64,000 nt of DNA from Vitrella brassicaformis CCMP3155 (Eukaryota > Protista > Chromerida), in the NCBI GenBank assembly GCA_001179505.1, contig CDMY01000267.1, forward strand, positions 78,224 through 142,223, written 5' to 3'. A program made the translations under genes and the position numbers. The notes beneath the pieces are model-generated. The model saw only the letters and a program-made list of their open reading frames with translations. It ran no database searches and was not told where the DNA came from. Below, in pieces: positions 23,241-36,490 of the stretch; position 1 is the first letter of the stretch, and the number at the start of each line of letters is the position of its first letter.

Positions 23241-25128
23241 TGCGGGAGATACCTTTGTGACCGACAGGGGAGACATGTGGGTGTCTGTCTTATGGTGTGG
23301 TGTGGTGTGATTGCATCTGACTGAATGATCCTATCTATTTGTGAGACCGACCAGCTGTGTGTTGGTGTTTATGGCGTCGGTGGTGTGTGCGTCAGGGAAT
23401 ACATGTCAAGAGATTTGGTGCGTTGTTCGTTCTACCCTCCGGGGACGCAATGCGCCGACACACATGGGCGGCTTCACAACACACATACACACCACACGAA
23501 TGCAGCAAGGAGGCCGGTCCATCCAATGCTGCACGTACACGTGTCTGTCTGTCTGTCAGTCTGCATGGGGCGACAAACGATTCGACGGTCTCACTCGCTC
23601 GCCATCCCCTGGAGAAATCGATAGACACGCTCATCGCATCACAACAAACCACATCACACGCACAGTCCGTCCCCCCCTCCCTCCCTCCCTCTCTGACTCT
23701 CTCACACCCATCCGACTCGTCTCTCGATCCGCTGGAAAAGGTCCAGCCGCTCGCCCGTCCGGCTGTCCGTCCACAGTTTCACGGGGTGCGGTGCGATGCC
23801 GCGGGCCGGGTTGCCCACCAAACGCTCGTTGCCCTTGGTCTGCAGGCACACATAGACACACACATACGAGAGAGAGAGGGAGACTTGTACTTATGGAAAA
23901 GGCCCGGTGGCTCCCTCTTGCCTGACCTACCTTGATGATCAAGGCCGCGTAGGAGATATGCTGTCGGATGTCGGCAGCGATGTCAAACATCTTGGCCTTT
24001 TCGTACCCGTTGAGGCTGGGGATGTCATAGCTGTCCTGCAGGTGCGGCTCAGCGGCTTCGCCCATGCCTTTGGCCAGCACGACTGCCGGGACGCCGTGGG
24101 CCGCCTCGAGGTGCTTGAAGAGAGGCGAGTGGAAGGCGGCGTCCTTGCCCTTGAGCCAGCGGACCGACCGCAGGGCGTCGTTGACTACCTTCTCCAACTC
24201 ACGGCGCACCTGCCTCCGACGCACCCGCTCCGCCTCGGCCTCGGCCTCCTTCGTGTCCTTCTTGTCCTCACGGGTCCTCGCAGCCTCCTCTTTGCTCCTG
24301 GCTGCACGAGTCGCCTGACAACCACCCAGCCAGCCAGCCACAAAGGTAAGCACCATATGAGAATACACACAAGTCTCCTCCTCACTGACTGACGCACCTG
24401 TTCGATTCTTTTGGCCGCTGTCTCCATGGCCGCCTCTGCCGGCGACAGGCGCTTCCTCTTCCCCCCTGCAGCCGGCTGTTGGCCACCGGCATCACCCTGC
24501 GCTGGCAAGATGCTGCCCAGGCCGCCCTCCCCAATCAACACTCGCAGACGATCTAGTGGAATGGCCGGATGCAACGCCGCCATGGACAATGGCCTCAGGT
24601 GGGCCTCCCCCCCGTCCACACTGACCGCCTCGTTGACGTGCACCTTGCCCCCATGGCGGCACAGCCATTTGATGGTCGCAGTGCCGCTCGCATGATGGCC
24701 GCGGTGGGACGCTGCTGCGACGTGCAGGGGCCGCCAGCCCTGCTAGTCCTGGGTGTGGATGAGGGCAGCTCCTCCCTTGGCGTGCAGCAGATCGAGCAGC
24801 TGCTCCTGCCGCTTGGGGTCCCTCAGGGGCAGCTCACAGAAACGGTGGAGGGCCGTTTGGAGGTTGGAGTCGGTCTCGGTGGCCAGGGAGGGGTCGGCGG
24901 ACAGCAGTGACTCAGCAATGCGCACCTTGTTTTCGTCGGAGACGGTCTTGGCCTCAGCGAGGGCGTGAAGCAGGCCTTGGCCGGCCAGCTGCGGTCGGCC
25001 CTTCAGCAGAGCATCGACAGCTTCACACATGCCCCTCTCCACAGCTGTCTTGCGGGCCATCCCTCCACCCATCCCCTCCCCGACGTCCATGTCCACGTCT
25101 CCGTGCGCACCACGGCTGGCGGCGCGGG
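23241..25128. repeat. Segmental duplication, copy A (direct repeat of 62077-64000)
   Basis: Co-linear near-identical sequence covering exons, introns and 3' flank of the ankyrin gene; homology starts at tgcgggagatacct in both copies. Confidence 0.95.
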
Positions 25129-25857
25129 CGACGGACTTTGTTCTTCTTTCTCTTGTGGAGGGGCTCCTCGTCCTCGTCTTGGTCGATGAGGGCTGCCGCA
25201 TGGATGTCAGTGTCGTCCACCTCGGCCTTGGCAGTCCGACGCTGCTGGGCGGCTGCATGGCGGGGGGGCTTGTTGGCCTTCGTTGACAGCATGTCGTTCT
25301 CTTCCTCAGCCATCATCTCGACATCCTCGCCCTCCCCATCGGCCATCTGGACATCCCCCGTCTCCCGACTCCCCTTGCCCCTCGCCCGGCCCGTCCTCGC
25401 AGCGGGCTGCCGTGCGGCTGCCCTTGCGGGTTTGTTGTGGTTGGCGTCCGTCTTCCCATCCCTTTGGTCTTTCTTGGGGGCTGACGTCTTCTTTTTGTGT
25501 CCCTTCGGAGCGGCCTTGTTGAGGCGCTCGTCGTCTTCGGCATTGCTGAAGGGGTGGAGGTCGTAGAGGCGGATGGCCCCGGTGGATGCGGCCGCTGCAG
25601 CAAGTCGAGCTGCCTCCTGGGCCTCTCTCTCCAGCTCCTTGGCGGCGACCTGCACCGATAATCCACACACAGAGAAGAAAAACAAAGTGACAATGAGGTC
25701 ATGCAGACAGCCTCGATATGGCTACAGGCAGGCATGAAATGGGCCCGTGGATGTGCGTGGATGTGCTCTTCATGTGGTGACAAAGGATGAGACGGCGCCC
25801 CCACCACCCGTCCGTGCGGTCGTTTCCCCTTGTCCTCACCTGCGCGCGGGTCAGCAT
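23591..25857 (-). pseudogene. Ankyrin-repeat protein, copy 1, with in-frame premature stop
   Basis: Ankyrin motifs LQTALHRFC and GWRPLHVAA. TAG at 24743-24745 where the paralogue has GCG (63615-63617). Putative start MLTRAQ| at 25857; last exon GMASE*. Confidence 0.75.
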
Positions 25858-26258
25858 CCTGTCAGCGACGGGTGAACTCCTGCCCCTCCAATAAGCGACT
25901 TGTTGGGCTGCAGAACTTGCTGCAGAGGCCCTCGAGAATGCACACTGCACTGCACGGCAGCGGACAAGAGAGTGACCGCGTGAAGGAACGGCTCCTTGTT
26001 GACCAAAGGAGAACTGATTTTCTGAAGGCTTTGAACAGAGGAATGGACACTGGAAATGGGGGCTGAGAGACTTCGGCCAATTTAGTCTTGATGCTCGCAT
26101 CCCGTTTCACGGGGGTCACGATCGCAATCTCTCGTGTGTCTGTGCATTTGTAAGGTAGGTACGGTGAGAGCGATACAAGGGAGCGATACCTCATCACATT
26201 CACCCATCCATCCATCCATTCATTCATCCATCCATCCAGTGGTGCATATGCAGATCAG

Positions 26259-29203
26259 ATGTCGCGTGTTGACTGGGGGTCGGTGGTGCACCACGTGGCC
26301 ACCATCGAGCCCAAGAAGTACCGGAAAAACCCTCCCTCAGACATCCCCACAGCCCTGGCGGCAGGGTACGACCTCGTCGCGCGCGAGCGCTCATGCGACT
26401 CGCACAAGGAGGCCAACGCAAAGGCCAAGCAGCCGCGAGTGAGCGAGGAGGGCGTCGACATGGCAAACGAATCGGTGAGCGAACATTATCCAACAAACAA
26501 CAGCCGCCCATCTGCCGTTTGTGGTTGTTGTGCCAGGATAAGGTTGCTGGCGTTGGTTTGGCTGACCTCGAGGCTGAGACCGTCTATGAAGTCGGCGACT
26601 TCCTCACCACCCTCCAGCGCAAGCCGCTGTCGCTCGTGTGCCGGCAGCTGCACAAGATGACCACCGACGCCACATACGGCGTCCTCTACCGTGACCTCAC
26701 CATCTCCGTGCTCGAACACGACTACTGGAAGAAGATCAACCTCACCGACACTCTCAAAACACGACTGGTGAGTGAGTGAGTGAGTGAGTGAGTGGGCGGC
26801 TGGGTGGGGATGGTGGACGAATGCATGATGGATGTGTATCTCGTGTGTGTGTGTGTGTGTGTGTGTATGAGTCAGAGTAAGATCAAGACGGCGTTCATCG
26901 AGACTTACGGCCACAATGATGTGCTGCCGTCTGCTGTGGATCACATCGAGGCGTCCAAGGCCACGCTCATCCACATCGGTGTCGACGACCCGGCGCGTCG
27001 GTGCCACAACCGATTCGGCAATAGAGAGGGGGCGGGGGAGGGAGAGGGGGAGGAAGGTAGGGAGCCGGTGGTGTTTGAGAAGACCCAGCAGCTACACATC
27101 ACCCACACACGCTACCTAGACCTAGTCAAGTAAGGACAAGAGGGGCGGGGTTGGCTGCAGAGATGCAAACGTGTGTTGTGCGGTGTGTGGCGGGTGTCGT
27201 GTGTTGTGTGTCATCTGAAGGGATCGCAAGTGGGTGTTTCCGAGTTTGGAGGTGCTGAGTGTGGGCAAGGTGTGCGTTGGGACTTATCCCTACAGCAGCC
27301 ACCTGCCGGCCGTCACCCACATCGTGTCAGCTTCGCGCGAGGTCACATCCATCAAGGCCGATGTCATCCATGCCACAGAGGGAGACGAGTGGCAGGCATT
27401 CACCAGGTAGACACAATTGAACGACAAAACAATCTCATCACACACACAAATGTTTTCTTCCCTCTTTGTGTGTGCGTGCGTGTGGATGTCAGTTCGTTGA
27501 GTGGTTGCCCCAAGCTCACGAGCATCAGCGGCCTCCATCTCGTTCTGAAAGGCTACAGAGAACCTAAGTGAGCTGGGCGACAAGATAAATGGCTGGCATA
27601 GACACACCATGTATGCGTCTGTGGTGCTCCGGGTCAGCCGCGTTGAGAACATCTACGATCCACTGGGCCGCCTCACCAGGGCACTCGACACCAATTGGCG
27701 CACCGAACACATGAAAGGTGGGTAGGTGGGGGTGGGCAGATTAACACCACACAGGGCGGTACTCCTTGCTGACTGTGTCATCTCTCCTCTGTCATCTGTG
27801 GTGTGCAGACGTGCCCAAGACCATTACCATTCACCATCGCTTCTCGTCCGGCCCCGACTTCAGTCGCCAGCTGACCGACCGCAGCGGCCCCAACCACTTC
27901 GCCCTCGCCGACCTCCTCACCTGGGCCGAGGAGACCAAATGCCAAATCGTGTGGAGGCCACGGTGACTGAGACATGCAGCAACAAATGCATCGCAGACAG
28001 AGACGGGCACAGGCTGTTGTGTGTGTGCTGTGCAGAGAGGATGACCATTTCAAGCGTTGCAGCTGGGACACAGACAGCCCCCCGCGTTATGACGACATCG
28101 TCATCGACTGCGGCAAGGAGGGAGCCGACACACCTCCGGCCCCGCACAGACGTGTAGCCCAGCTCATCACCGACCTGACGACCGAATGCGACGCGGTGAG
28201 AGAGGGAGGGAGGGAGGCGGGGAGAGGGGGAGAGGGGGAGAGAGACGCCTGTTCATGTCTGCCCTTCTCCTGCCTCCCTCTGTTTCCCTAGGTCAAGTTT
28301 GTGTACGGCGGTGCTCCCCTGCACGACACGTGGGGGCAGCTGCTGACACTTCCCGCGGCCACCAAGCTCTCCATCTGCCCCCAACGCTACGCCACCCCCG
28401 TCCGCCAGCTCACCACGAGCATCCCCGAGTGGCTGGTGGCCCAGGACCACAACGGCAACAACACACACCTCCCGGCCATCAAGCACCTCTACATCGACGC
28501 ATCGAGCAGCGGGTCTGGAACCAACCGTGCCCAAAACAACGCCCTGCCGACCGGTGCTGAGGCTGGGAGGCTGGAGGAGCTGCTGGGCAGCCTGGCGGGG
28601 GTGCGTGAGGTGTGGCTCGGGGCACTGAGCCTTCGCACCGTGTCGCAGTGTGTGTCGTATCTGCATGCCCGTGAGTTAGATGAGTTGCACATCTGCCGGT
28701 GGGATGCGTCAGATGCGCTGCCCGACTCATCGCACACGCCGGTGCCTAAGCTAGCCTACCCTGCCGTCAAATCGTTGCGCGTGTGGAATGAGTCTGAGAT
28801 GAGCAAGGGGTGTGTTCGGTCTGTGCTGTCTCTCGTCATGTCCATCAAGCCAGCCAAAGCCAGCATCGACCTGAAGCCCACAACAGAGTCGATCGCACCA
28901 GGCAAGGCGCGACGCACCTACTCTGGCAGCTTCAACCCGAGCCACTCGAAGGAGCTGACGGCTTTGCTGCGGGAGGCAGAGAGGACGGTGGGGTCGGTGT
29001 ACAGTGTAGTGTCGTCATCGTGTGAGGTGGATATGGTGGATGACTGGTACATGAACACGATGCATATGGAGCTAGTGTTGAAGGAGGGGGGCGAGGGAGA
29101 CAAGAGGGGCAAGAAGGGCAAGGGGGGAAAAGGGGAACAAGAAAGGCAACAAGGCCAAGTGAGGGAAGCGAGGGGGAGGGAGATGGATGCAGACGGAGGA
29201 TAG
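26259..29203 (+). CDS. Lineage-expanded family protein with F-box-like N-terminus and degenerate LRR-like C-terminus, paralogue 1 (apparently intact)
   Basis: LADLEAETVYEVGDFL...PLSLVCRQLH resembles an F-box. All introns I traced keep frame to TAG at 29203. Co-linear similarity to 50011-53152 (ASKATL, WVFP, IPEW/IPGW..GNN..LP.I/V.HLY). Confidence 0.7.
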
Positions 29204-30397
29204 CATGTATGGCTTGCCGGCAGCCGATGGGCCGGCCATCTCACTCACTGCTACATCCATGGAATGGACACATTAATCGCATGTTCCCGTGTTTCGTGTC
29301 TCCTTGTGTGTGTGCATACCCCCACCCCTCTTCTAATTCGCCATTGCGCGTGCGTGAGGATGGCCTACCACAGCCATTCAGCACGCCGCCATTCTACTCT
29401 TGACGTGTGTGTGTATGTGTGCGGTGGGTTGGGTTCATCGGCTGTGGTCTCATTTTTTGGTCAGGGGATGGGCCGACTCACTGACTGACTCACTCCCTCA
29501 CTCGCGTGTGTGGCCCGAACGGCCGCAATCGCGTGTGTGCATGTCTCCATGGCTGCCTCCATCTCTCTCTGTCTGCACCTCCCCATCCCATCCCCCCTGC
29601 CAATTCGCTGTCGTGCGTGTGGGTGTGACCGACCGACACCCATCCGAAGGAGGGGGTCATATGTGTGTGTGTGGCCGCTGGGATGGCTTACCACGGCCAT
29701 CCAGCAACCACACACGTCTCTTTGTATGTGTGTTGTGGATGGGTGTGGGCATCGGACTGACTGCAATGGATGCGGAGGCAATGGGCCAGCTGGAGCTGTT
29801 GATTGATAATGCATGTGTGGAACCATTGTGTTTGTCCATTTGCGGACCATGACAACCATCATGGTCCGCACGCACGACACACACACACACACACACGAGT
29901 TCCCTCCGCTACACATTGCTTTATCCACAGCCAGCCCGTCGCAAGCATGTGTCTCCCCCTCCCTCCAGGCATCAGTAAGTCGACCGAGGTGAGGCGCTGC
30001 AGCAGCCCTCACTCGGTTGGCCAATGGATGGCGGGGGCAAGGGATGCACACAAACAAATCGGGAGCTTTCAACCTGTACAAGCGCAGTGCGCATCCCCAT
30101 CCCCCATTCCCTCTCCCTCCCCCTCTCTCTTGAGCTCGTCTCAATGCATCAAGGCTACCCGCGGTCGTGTGTGTGTGTGTGTTCATTATCTGTCAGTCAT
30201 TGAAGAGGATGAATGCACACACAACGACCCGTACCATCCGATGGATACATCAAAGCAGCCAGGCAACGCACAGCACACTCATGGATCATTATGAATCACA
30301 CAGTAGCGCCACCCAGACGCAGATCACATCGGTCACATGAGATCTACAGCCGAGGTTGATAATCGATGGGCCTCTCACCGATGTGTGTGAGAGGCCG

Positions 30398-32277
30398 TCA
30401 TCCGGACGCTGAGCTACCAACAGCAGCTGCTGCACCCGCGCCCTCCGCCGTCCGCTGGCGCTTCCGCTGAGCACACACAGCACACACACACACACACACC
30501 AGCAGCGCAGCCAATGAATGCAGCCAATGTGCATATGTTGTGTCAGGTCTTATTGTGTACCTGTTGGACGAAGAGGGCGAAGTCTGAGTCGATCCCCTCG
30601 CGGGCCTCGTCGTCATCGCTGTCGAGGTCCTCATCCTCGTCGTCGTCACGGTTGTGCTTGATGCGCCGGTGCTCCTCGTACAACTCACGAAGCACCTGAC
30701 CGACCACCACCACCACCACCACAGCAGCAGCAGCAGCAGCAGTTGGGCTGTCAGTGTCGTGCAGTGTTGTGTTGTGTTGTGTCGTGTTGTGTTCATCTCT
30801 CTCTCTCTCTCTCTCTCTCACGTTAGGTTTGGTGGTAAGTGCTTCGACGGCAGGGTCGTCCTCATCTGTGAGATCCAGGGGCGCCGCACTGGCCATCGCC
30901 GCGGGCACGGCAGCCTTGACCTCACGCTTGCGCACCACCTTCACACGCAGCCCTGCATGTGGAGGCACGCACTCACCCTGTGTGTGTGTGTTATATGGTA
31001 CGTACCGTCCTCGGTGCGGCCAGCAGCATCTATCTTGAGTGCACCCATCACGCCCTTGCGATTCTGCTCGTACGACAAGTGGTCCACCAAATAGATCTTG
31101 CGCGTCCCTAGGGGGACACACACACACACGCATATGTACGTGTGTGCCACGAATCGCCGCCATACGCAGAATCAACAAGATTGCCGTTGCCTACCTATCT
31201 TTTTGATATTGAACCAGACGTCCACAGTGCCGTGTCTGTCCTTGAACTTGGGCAGCACCTTCAGCCCTGCGTCGGCGCCTGTCTCGGTGACGGCCGAGTG
31301 GGTCTTCTTGGCACTCTCGGGCACCTTCTCGGACGCCTGCACGCGAGAGAGGGAGGGCGTGTGTGGTCGTGTGTGCATATGGGCATGCATGTTGGCTGCA
31401 GGCAGGGTAGAGGTCACTCAAGTACCTTGTCGAACAGCTGGACGGTCTCCGGCAGGGGAGCCTTGCACTGCTCGCCATAGAACTCTGTGTTGGTCTTGTT
31501 CTCGATGCGCACCTTCCAGAACGGCACCGTGATCACCCCCTGCGCTTCCAGCCAGCTGACATACGCAGACCCACACACACATACACGAGCAGCATGTAAG
31601 CAGATGGATGTCGGGCTGGGGTGTTCTCGCATGCAACGCGTACGCAGGATTGAACTGGCTCGCAGCAGCGTCTATCGTGTCCGGCTTGCAAAATGTCTGG
31701 CGCAACAAACACACGCAGAGCACACGCAGCGAAGACACAACCACGTGCACACCAGCCAGCACCCGCACACCCTCCCTCACCCATCCACCCACCATTTGTT
31801 TGTGCTGCACACAGTAGCTATCCACCGATGCGTCCACCGACACCGGCGCGGTGGAGACCGTCTTGGAAGTGCCCGCAGGCAACGCCAGCCACTGGATCTG
31901 CAAGCCATCAAGCAGAGCTGGGGAGATGAGGAGATGGAGTCGGCTCCCCTATCACCTACCTTTTGGCCATCTATCCACAGCTCCGCGCTCACCGGATACG
32001 CACGGTTGTTGCGCACAGTCACCTACAGGCAGGCCACACACTCATACATAAGGCACACCATCCCCACCACCACACAACCACACAACCACCACCACCGCGG
32101 CACCTGATAGGCTTGTCCAGGCTCCGCCACCACGTAGTCGACATCATGCGCCGGCTGGAGGTAGGGCAGTCGGCGGAGCGGCCTCCCAGGCTCCGCAACC
32201 GCAATCTCCTGGAACCAAGGCAACAGGACAAACGAATGCTCGTCGTCCATCGTGTAGAGCGACCATCTTGCGGCCAT
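30398..32277 (-). CDS. Hypothetical protein, multi-exon; N-terminal beta-rich segment and acidic C-terminal tract
   Basis: Spliced YVVAEPGQAYQV|TVRNNRAYPVSAELWIDGQKV, later exons (WKVRIENKTNTEFYG, IYLVDHLSYEQ), a DDDEDEDLDSDDDE tract and RKRQR...SG* at 30398. Confidence 0.65.
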
Positions 32278-32838
32278 GCGTATCTACCACAAAGAGATTC
32301 TTGCAGCCATACGCGCGGTTTGGTGTACGCGTGATTGTGCCCTCCGCTGCTGGCGCCAGACATACTTCTCAGCTGCGTATTATTCACCTGCCGGCGCCGC
32401 CGGCCGAAGGTGCTGTGCTCGAAGCGGCGCTTCCCACCGTCAGCCAGCCGATGGCTATACAGTACCCATATGCCGATGGATCTGTCAATGCCGATGGATC
32501 TCTATCAGCTCTCTATCAACCTCACGCATGATGCACAGACAGGAGTCTCATCGCGCTGCCTGCATGAGTTGCGATCGTTACGAATTTGCGAGCAAATCAT
32601 AGACAGAGCGGTTTCACGCAATGTCCTAGGCGTTGTCACCCTTCCCGAGTCTCCACAGCCGTCCATTTAGCGCAGAAGAGCGAGGAACTTCACCCGGAGA
32701 GAACTCAGGGCACCAAAGACCCGTCCCATCGTCACGCCCCCACCCGCGCTCTTCAAAGATCCCGGGCGGGCACTATCTCCTGCGATTCATCCCTCTCCCA
32801 TCTGACTGACTGTCTGTCTGACTGACTGACTGATTGTC

Positions 32839-35800
32839 ATGAAGCGCAGGAGGGAGGTGGGCGATGGATCTTCATCCGATGGGCCTCATCCGCCCAAGTG
32901 GAAGGCCGTGACGCTGGATCCACAACTACTCAGCGGGTCAGGGACGAGATACGCATCAAGTTCATTCGTCCTTTTATTCACTCATTCATTCTGTTTGTTG
33001 TCATACTCTCTTGTGTTTACTCTCTTGTGTGTGTGTGTGCGTGTGTGTGTGCATGTTTGCTGCTGGCTGGTGGCCGTCATGCAGGCTGCAGGGTGAGGGC
33101 TTTTCGATGCTGGAGGAGCTCGACGAGGGTGAGGCGCCCATGGTGTTCCAACACAGGAGGGGCACAACCAGGAAAGAGGCCAACGACAAGAAGGGAGCCG
33201 CTCGCGACGCCGATGCTGCTGCTACTGTCGCCGATGGCCCCTCCAAGAGGAACAGAGAGATCAAGAAAAAGAAGAAGCCATCTTATCGCGATGATGACGC
33301 TCGGTAAGGCCGTCCCACACCACACCACACCACACCACACAAGCACAATCACGTCACGGAGGCCATCAGCGCCTCCACACAAGGCTGATTCCTCCCCGCC
33401 TGTTGCAGCGCTGCTCTGCTGAGAGCTCTCAAAGCCAAGAAGCGCTCTCAGGAGGCGTCTGCTGCCTCCCCCGCACCCGCCCCCGCCCCCGCCCCCGCCC
33501 GCCCATCTGCAGACGACCTGTGGGAAGAGCTTCCGTCACTGCTGGAGCGGCTGCCGGATTGGGAGTGCCTCGACTACGGCGGAGAGGCCCTGCTGCACCC
33601 CGCTGTGCTGAGGGCCCTGCTGGACCGAGGCTTCACCACACCCACACCCATCCAGAAGGCCACACTCACGCCAGCACTCCGCGACCGCAAAGACATCGTT
33701 GGCGCCGCTGAAACGGTACACACAGACAGACAGACAGACAGACAGACAGGGAGAGGGAGGGAGGGAGGGGTAAGCGTGTCATCATTCTTTCTCTGTGTGT
33801 GTGTGTGTGTGTGTGAAGGGTTCCGGCAAGACGCTTGCCTTTGGCATCCCGATAGTGTGCAGTCTTTTGATCAGTGCGGACCGCAAGAAGCAGCGATACA
33901 TTGAGAAGATGCACAAGAGGGCGGAAAGAGGCGAAGACGTCGACATGGACGCCGAACCCATGGCTGACGAGCCCATGCTGCGGTCGCTGGTCGTCCTGCC
34001 CTCACGCGAGCTGGCTGTCCAGGTGGCCGCGCACCTGCAGGCCATCATGGGTTACACTAACCTTAAGGTGAGCGTTGCGCGCCGCCCACCAGACAGACAC
34101 TAGCGATGTCGTTCCGCATGTGTGTATGTGTGTGTGTGTGTGTGTCAGTGCGTGTGTGTGGTGGGCGGCATGGCGGTGCCGAAGCAACACCGTCTGCTGG
34201 ACCAGAAGCCCCAGGTCCTCGTAGGCACTCCCGGCCGCCTGTGGGCGCTCACCGGAGGACTCAACCCTGCACTCTCGGTAACCTTTCACACACACACACG
34301 CACACACACACACACAGAGAAAGAGAGAGAGAGAGAAGTGCGCATGCACATTGATCAGGCCGGTGAGTCGCATCCGTATCTGAGCGACCTGAGTGGTGTG
34401 CGTCACCTGGTGCTGGACGAGGCCGACCGGCTCATCGAGAAGGGACACTTCAGAGACCTCACGTCGCTGCTCGACAAACTGTATACACAGTGCATGGCCA
34501 GAGGTGACCAGCCAGCCGACCACACACACACGCACACGGAGAGATGAGCCCAAAGGCAGGCCCGCTGTCTGTCTGTCTGTGTGTCTGTCTGTCTTCCTCT
34601 CTATCTGCAGATCAGCTGCAGGCGTTCGTCTTCTCCGCGACACTTGCAATGCCGCCGGTCAGACCCGCACACACCACAGAGGAAGAGATATAACGCACCA
34701 CCACAGCATCACAGCATCTTTATGTGTGTGCACACAGCGGCCCGACAAGTCTCTGCCACCCAAGAAGAAGAAGAAAAAGCAGAAGCAGAAAGACCTATCA
34801 GCCACCACCAGTGTGCCCGACGAGGGCTGCCTGGAGTTGCAGCCCCTGATGGAGCGGCTCCGCCTGCGCCCGAAGCGGCTCTTCACCGTCGACCTCACCA
34901 CAAGCACACAGGATAAGACCACTTATGGTGGCGAGGATACCGATGCCGATGCCGGCAGTGGCGGTCTGGCGGGCGCACAGGGGGGAGTGGTTAAGGTGGA
35001 GAGGCAGCGGGTGGACAGAGAGGGGGCTGGGAAGGTCAAGGCGGTGAGAATGAGACAAGGAGGGTGGGAGGGTGGGAGGGATGGTGTGTCTGTGGGCTGA
35101 ATGTGGGTCTCATTCAGGGTGTCAAGCTGCCCGAGGGGCTGATGCTGACGATGCTCCACTGCGCTTCCAAAGACAAGGTAGGTGCACTGCGTCGAATCAC
35201 CCACAGACACATGCCATCCCATCCACGTGTGGCGTGCTCCTTTGTCTGTCTGCTTCAGGAGATGCACCTGATGCTGTTCCTCCTGCAGTACTTCGCCAGC
35301 AGCCCAAGCGCATCGTCCGCGTCGCGTGTGCTGGTGTTCGTCAACGCCATCACCTATGTCTACCGACTCGACCCGCTACTCTCGCTTCTGCTGCACACCA
35401 GCGGCAACCACAGCAACGTCATGGTAGCCGGCCTCCACGCCAACCTCAAGCAGGCACAGCGACTCAAGCGCATGGACAGGTGGGGGAGGCTATATAGGGG
35501 GATGGGTGGGTGGATGATGACTCTGTTTGCTCGTGCCTCGTTGCAGGTTTCGCTCCAGCGGTCGAGGTGTGTTGGTGTGCACCGACGTGGCTGCTCGAGG
35601 GCTGGATTTGCCGCAGGTGGATGCCGTGATCCACCTCCAGCCGCCAAGGGACCCGCCCACGTTCGTCCACCGCAGCGGCAGAACCGCTAGGGCACTCAGA
35701 GAAGGTGTGTGAGAAGTCCCGCTCGACTCGATACAATACCCCGCATGGATGTCATGTCTTCGGTCGTTGGCGCGCAGGTCTGTGCGTGTGTTTCTGCGGG

Positions 35801-36490
35801 CCTGGCGACGTGACTCACTGGAACCGCATATTCTCTGCCATTGGCCGCGACCCCAGACAAGCGCCGCCCCCACCACAGATGGCCGCCGTCACATCCCGAG
35901 AAATTGCAGGTGGGCAATCCTTTGTTCAATCGCATGATGGAAAGAACCAAACCGGCCTGAATGTGTTTGTGTGTGTGGGCGGCCATCCATCCATCCATCC
36001 ATCAGATGGTCGGCGCGTGTTTGCCCTGGCCAATGAGATAGAGAAGGCGGAGCACAAGGTGAGGGAACAGAGGAACATACGAGCCGCAACAGCGTCGATA
36101 AGTCGATATGTTTCTCGTTCAGATGAGCAAGGAGAAGAGGGAGAAGTCCTGGATGCAACGCACGGCAGAGGAGGTGGGTCAGCCAGCCAGGCAGGCAGGC
36201 AGACAAGCAGGCAGCCCATCTATGACACACGCCATATCCCCCCCATCCCTCAATTCCTTCTCTTCCTTCAGGCCGAGTTGCCCTGGAACGATGACGACCA
36301 CGGCGGCCAAGACGATTCCGATGACGAACTATCGGTGGGTGAGTCAGTGAGCTGAGCGACTGCACTACGGTGGCACGTGTGTATGGGTGTGTCCTTTCAG
36401 ACGAGTGAGAGTGCGCTTCGCCGTCGATTGTCCGAGCGGAGGGCGCAGCTGGAAGCCGAGCTGGAGAAGCTCTGCACGCAACTCGCCTAG
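32839..36490 (+). CDS. DDX24: DEAD-box RNA helicase DDX24/MAK5
   Basis: [14 protein letters not shown]-terminal motif; Q motif GFTTPTPIQ; AETGSGKT; PSRELAVQV; GTPGRLW; LDEAD; FSAT; TDVAARGLD; HRSGRTARA. Confidence 0.93.

Noticed and set aside
24743-24745. TAG as a reassigned or read-through codon
   Set aside because: TAG ends apparently normal genes here (DDX24 at 36490, F-box paralogue 1 at 29203), and the paralogue has Ala at this site; simple pseudogenisation fits better.
26076-26116. Shared atgctcgcatccc.ttt.ac.gg motif also near 61676, upstream of genes
   Set aside because: Only two short imperfect instances; cannot separate a promoter element from chance or old duplication.
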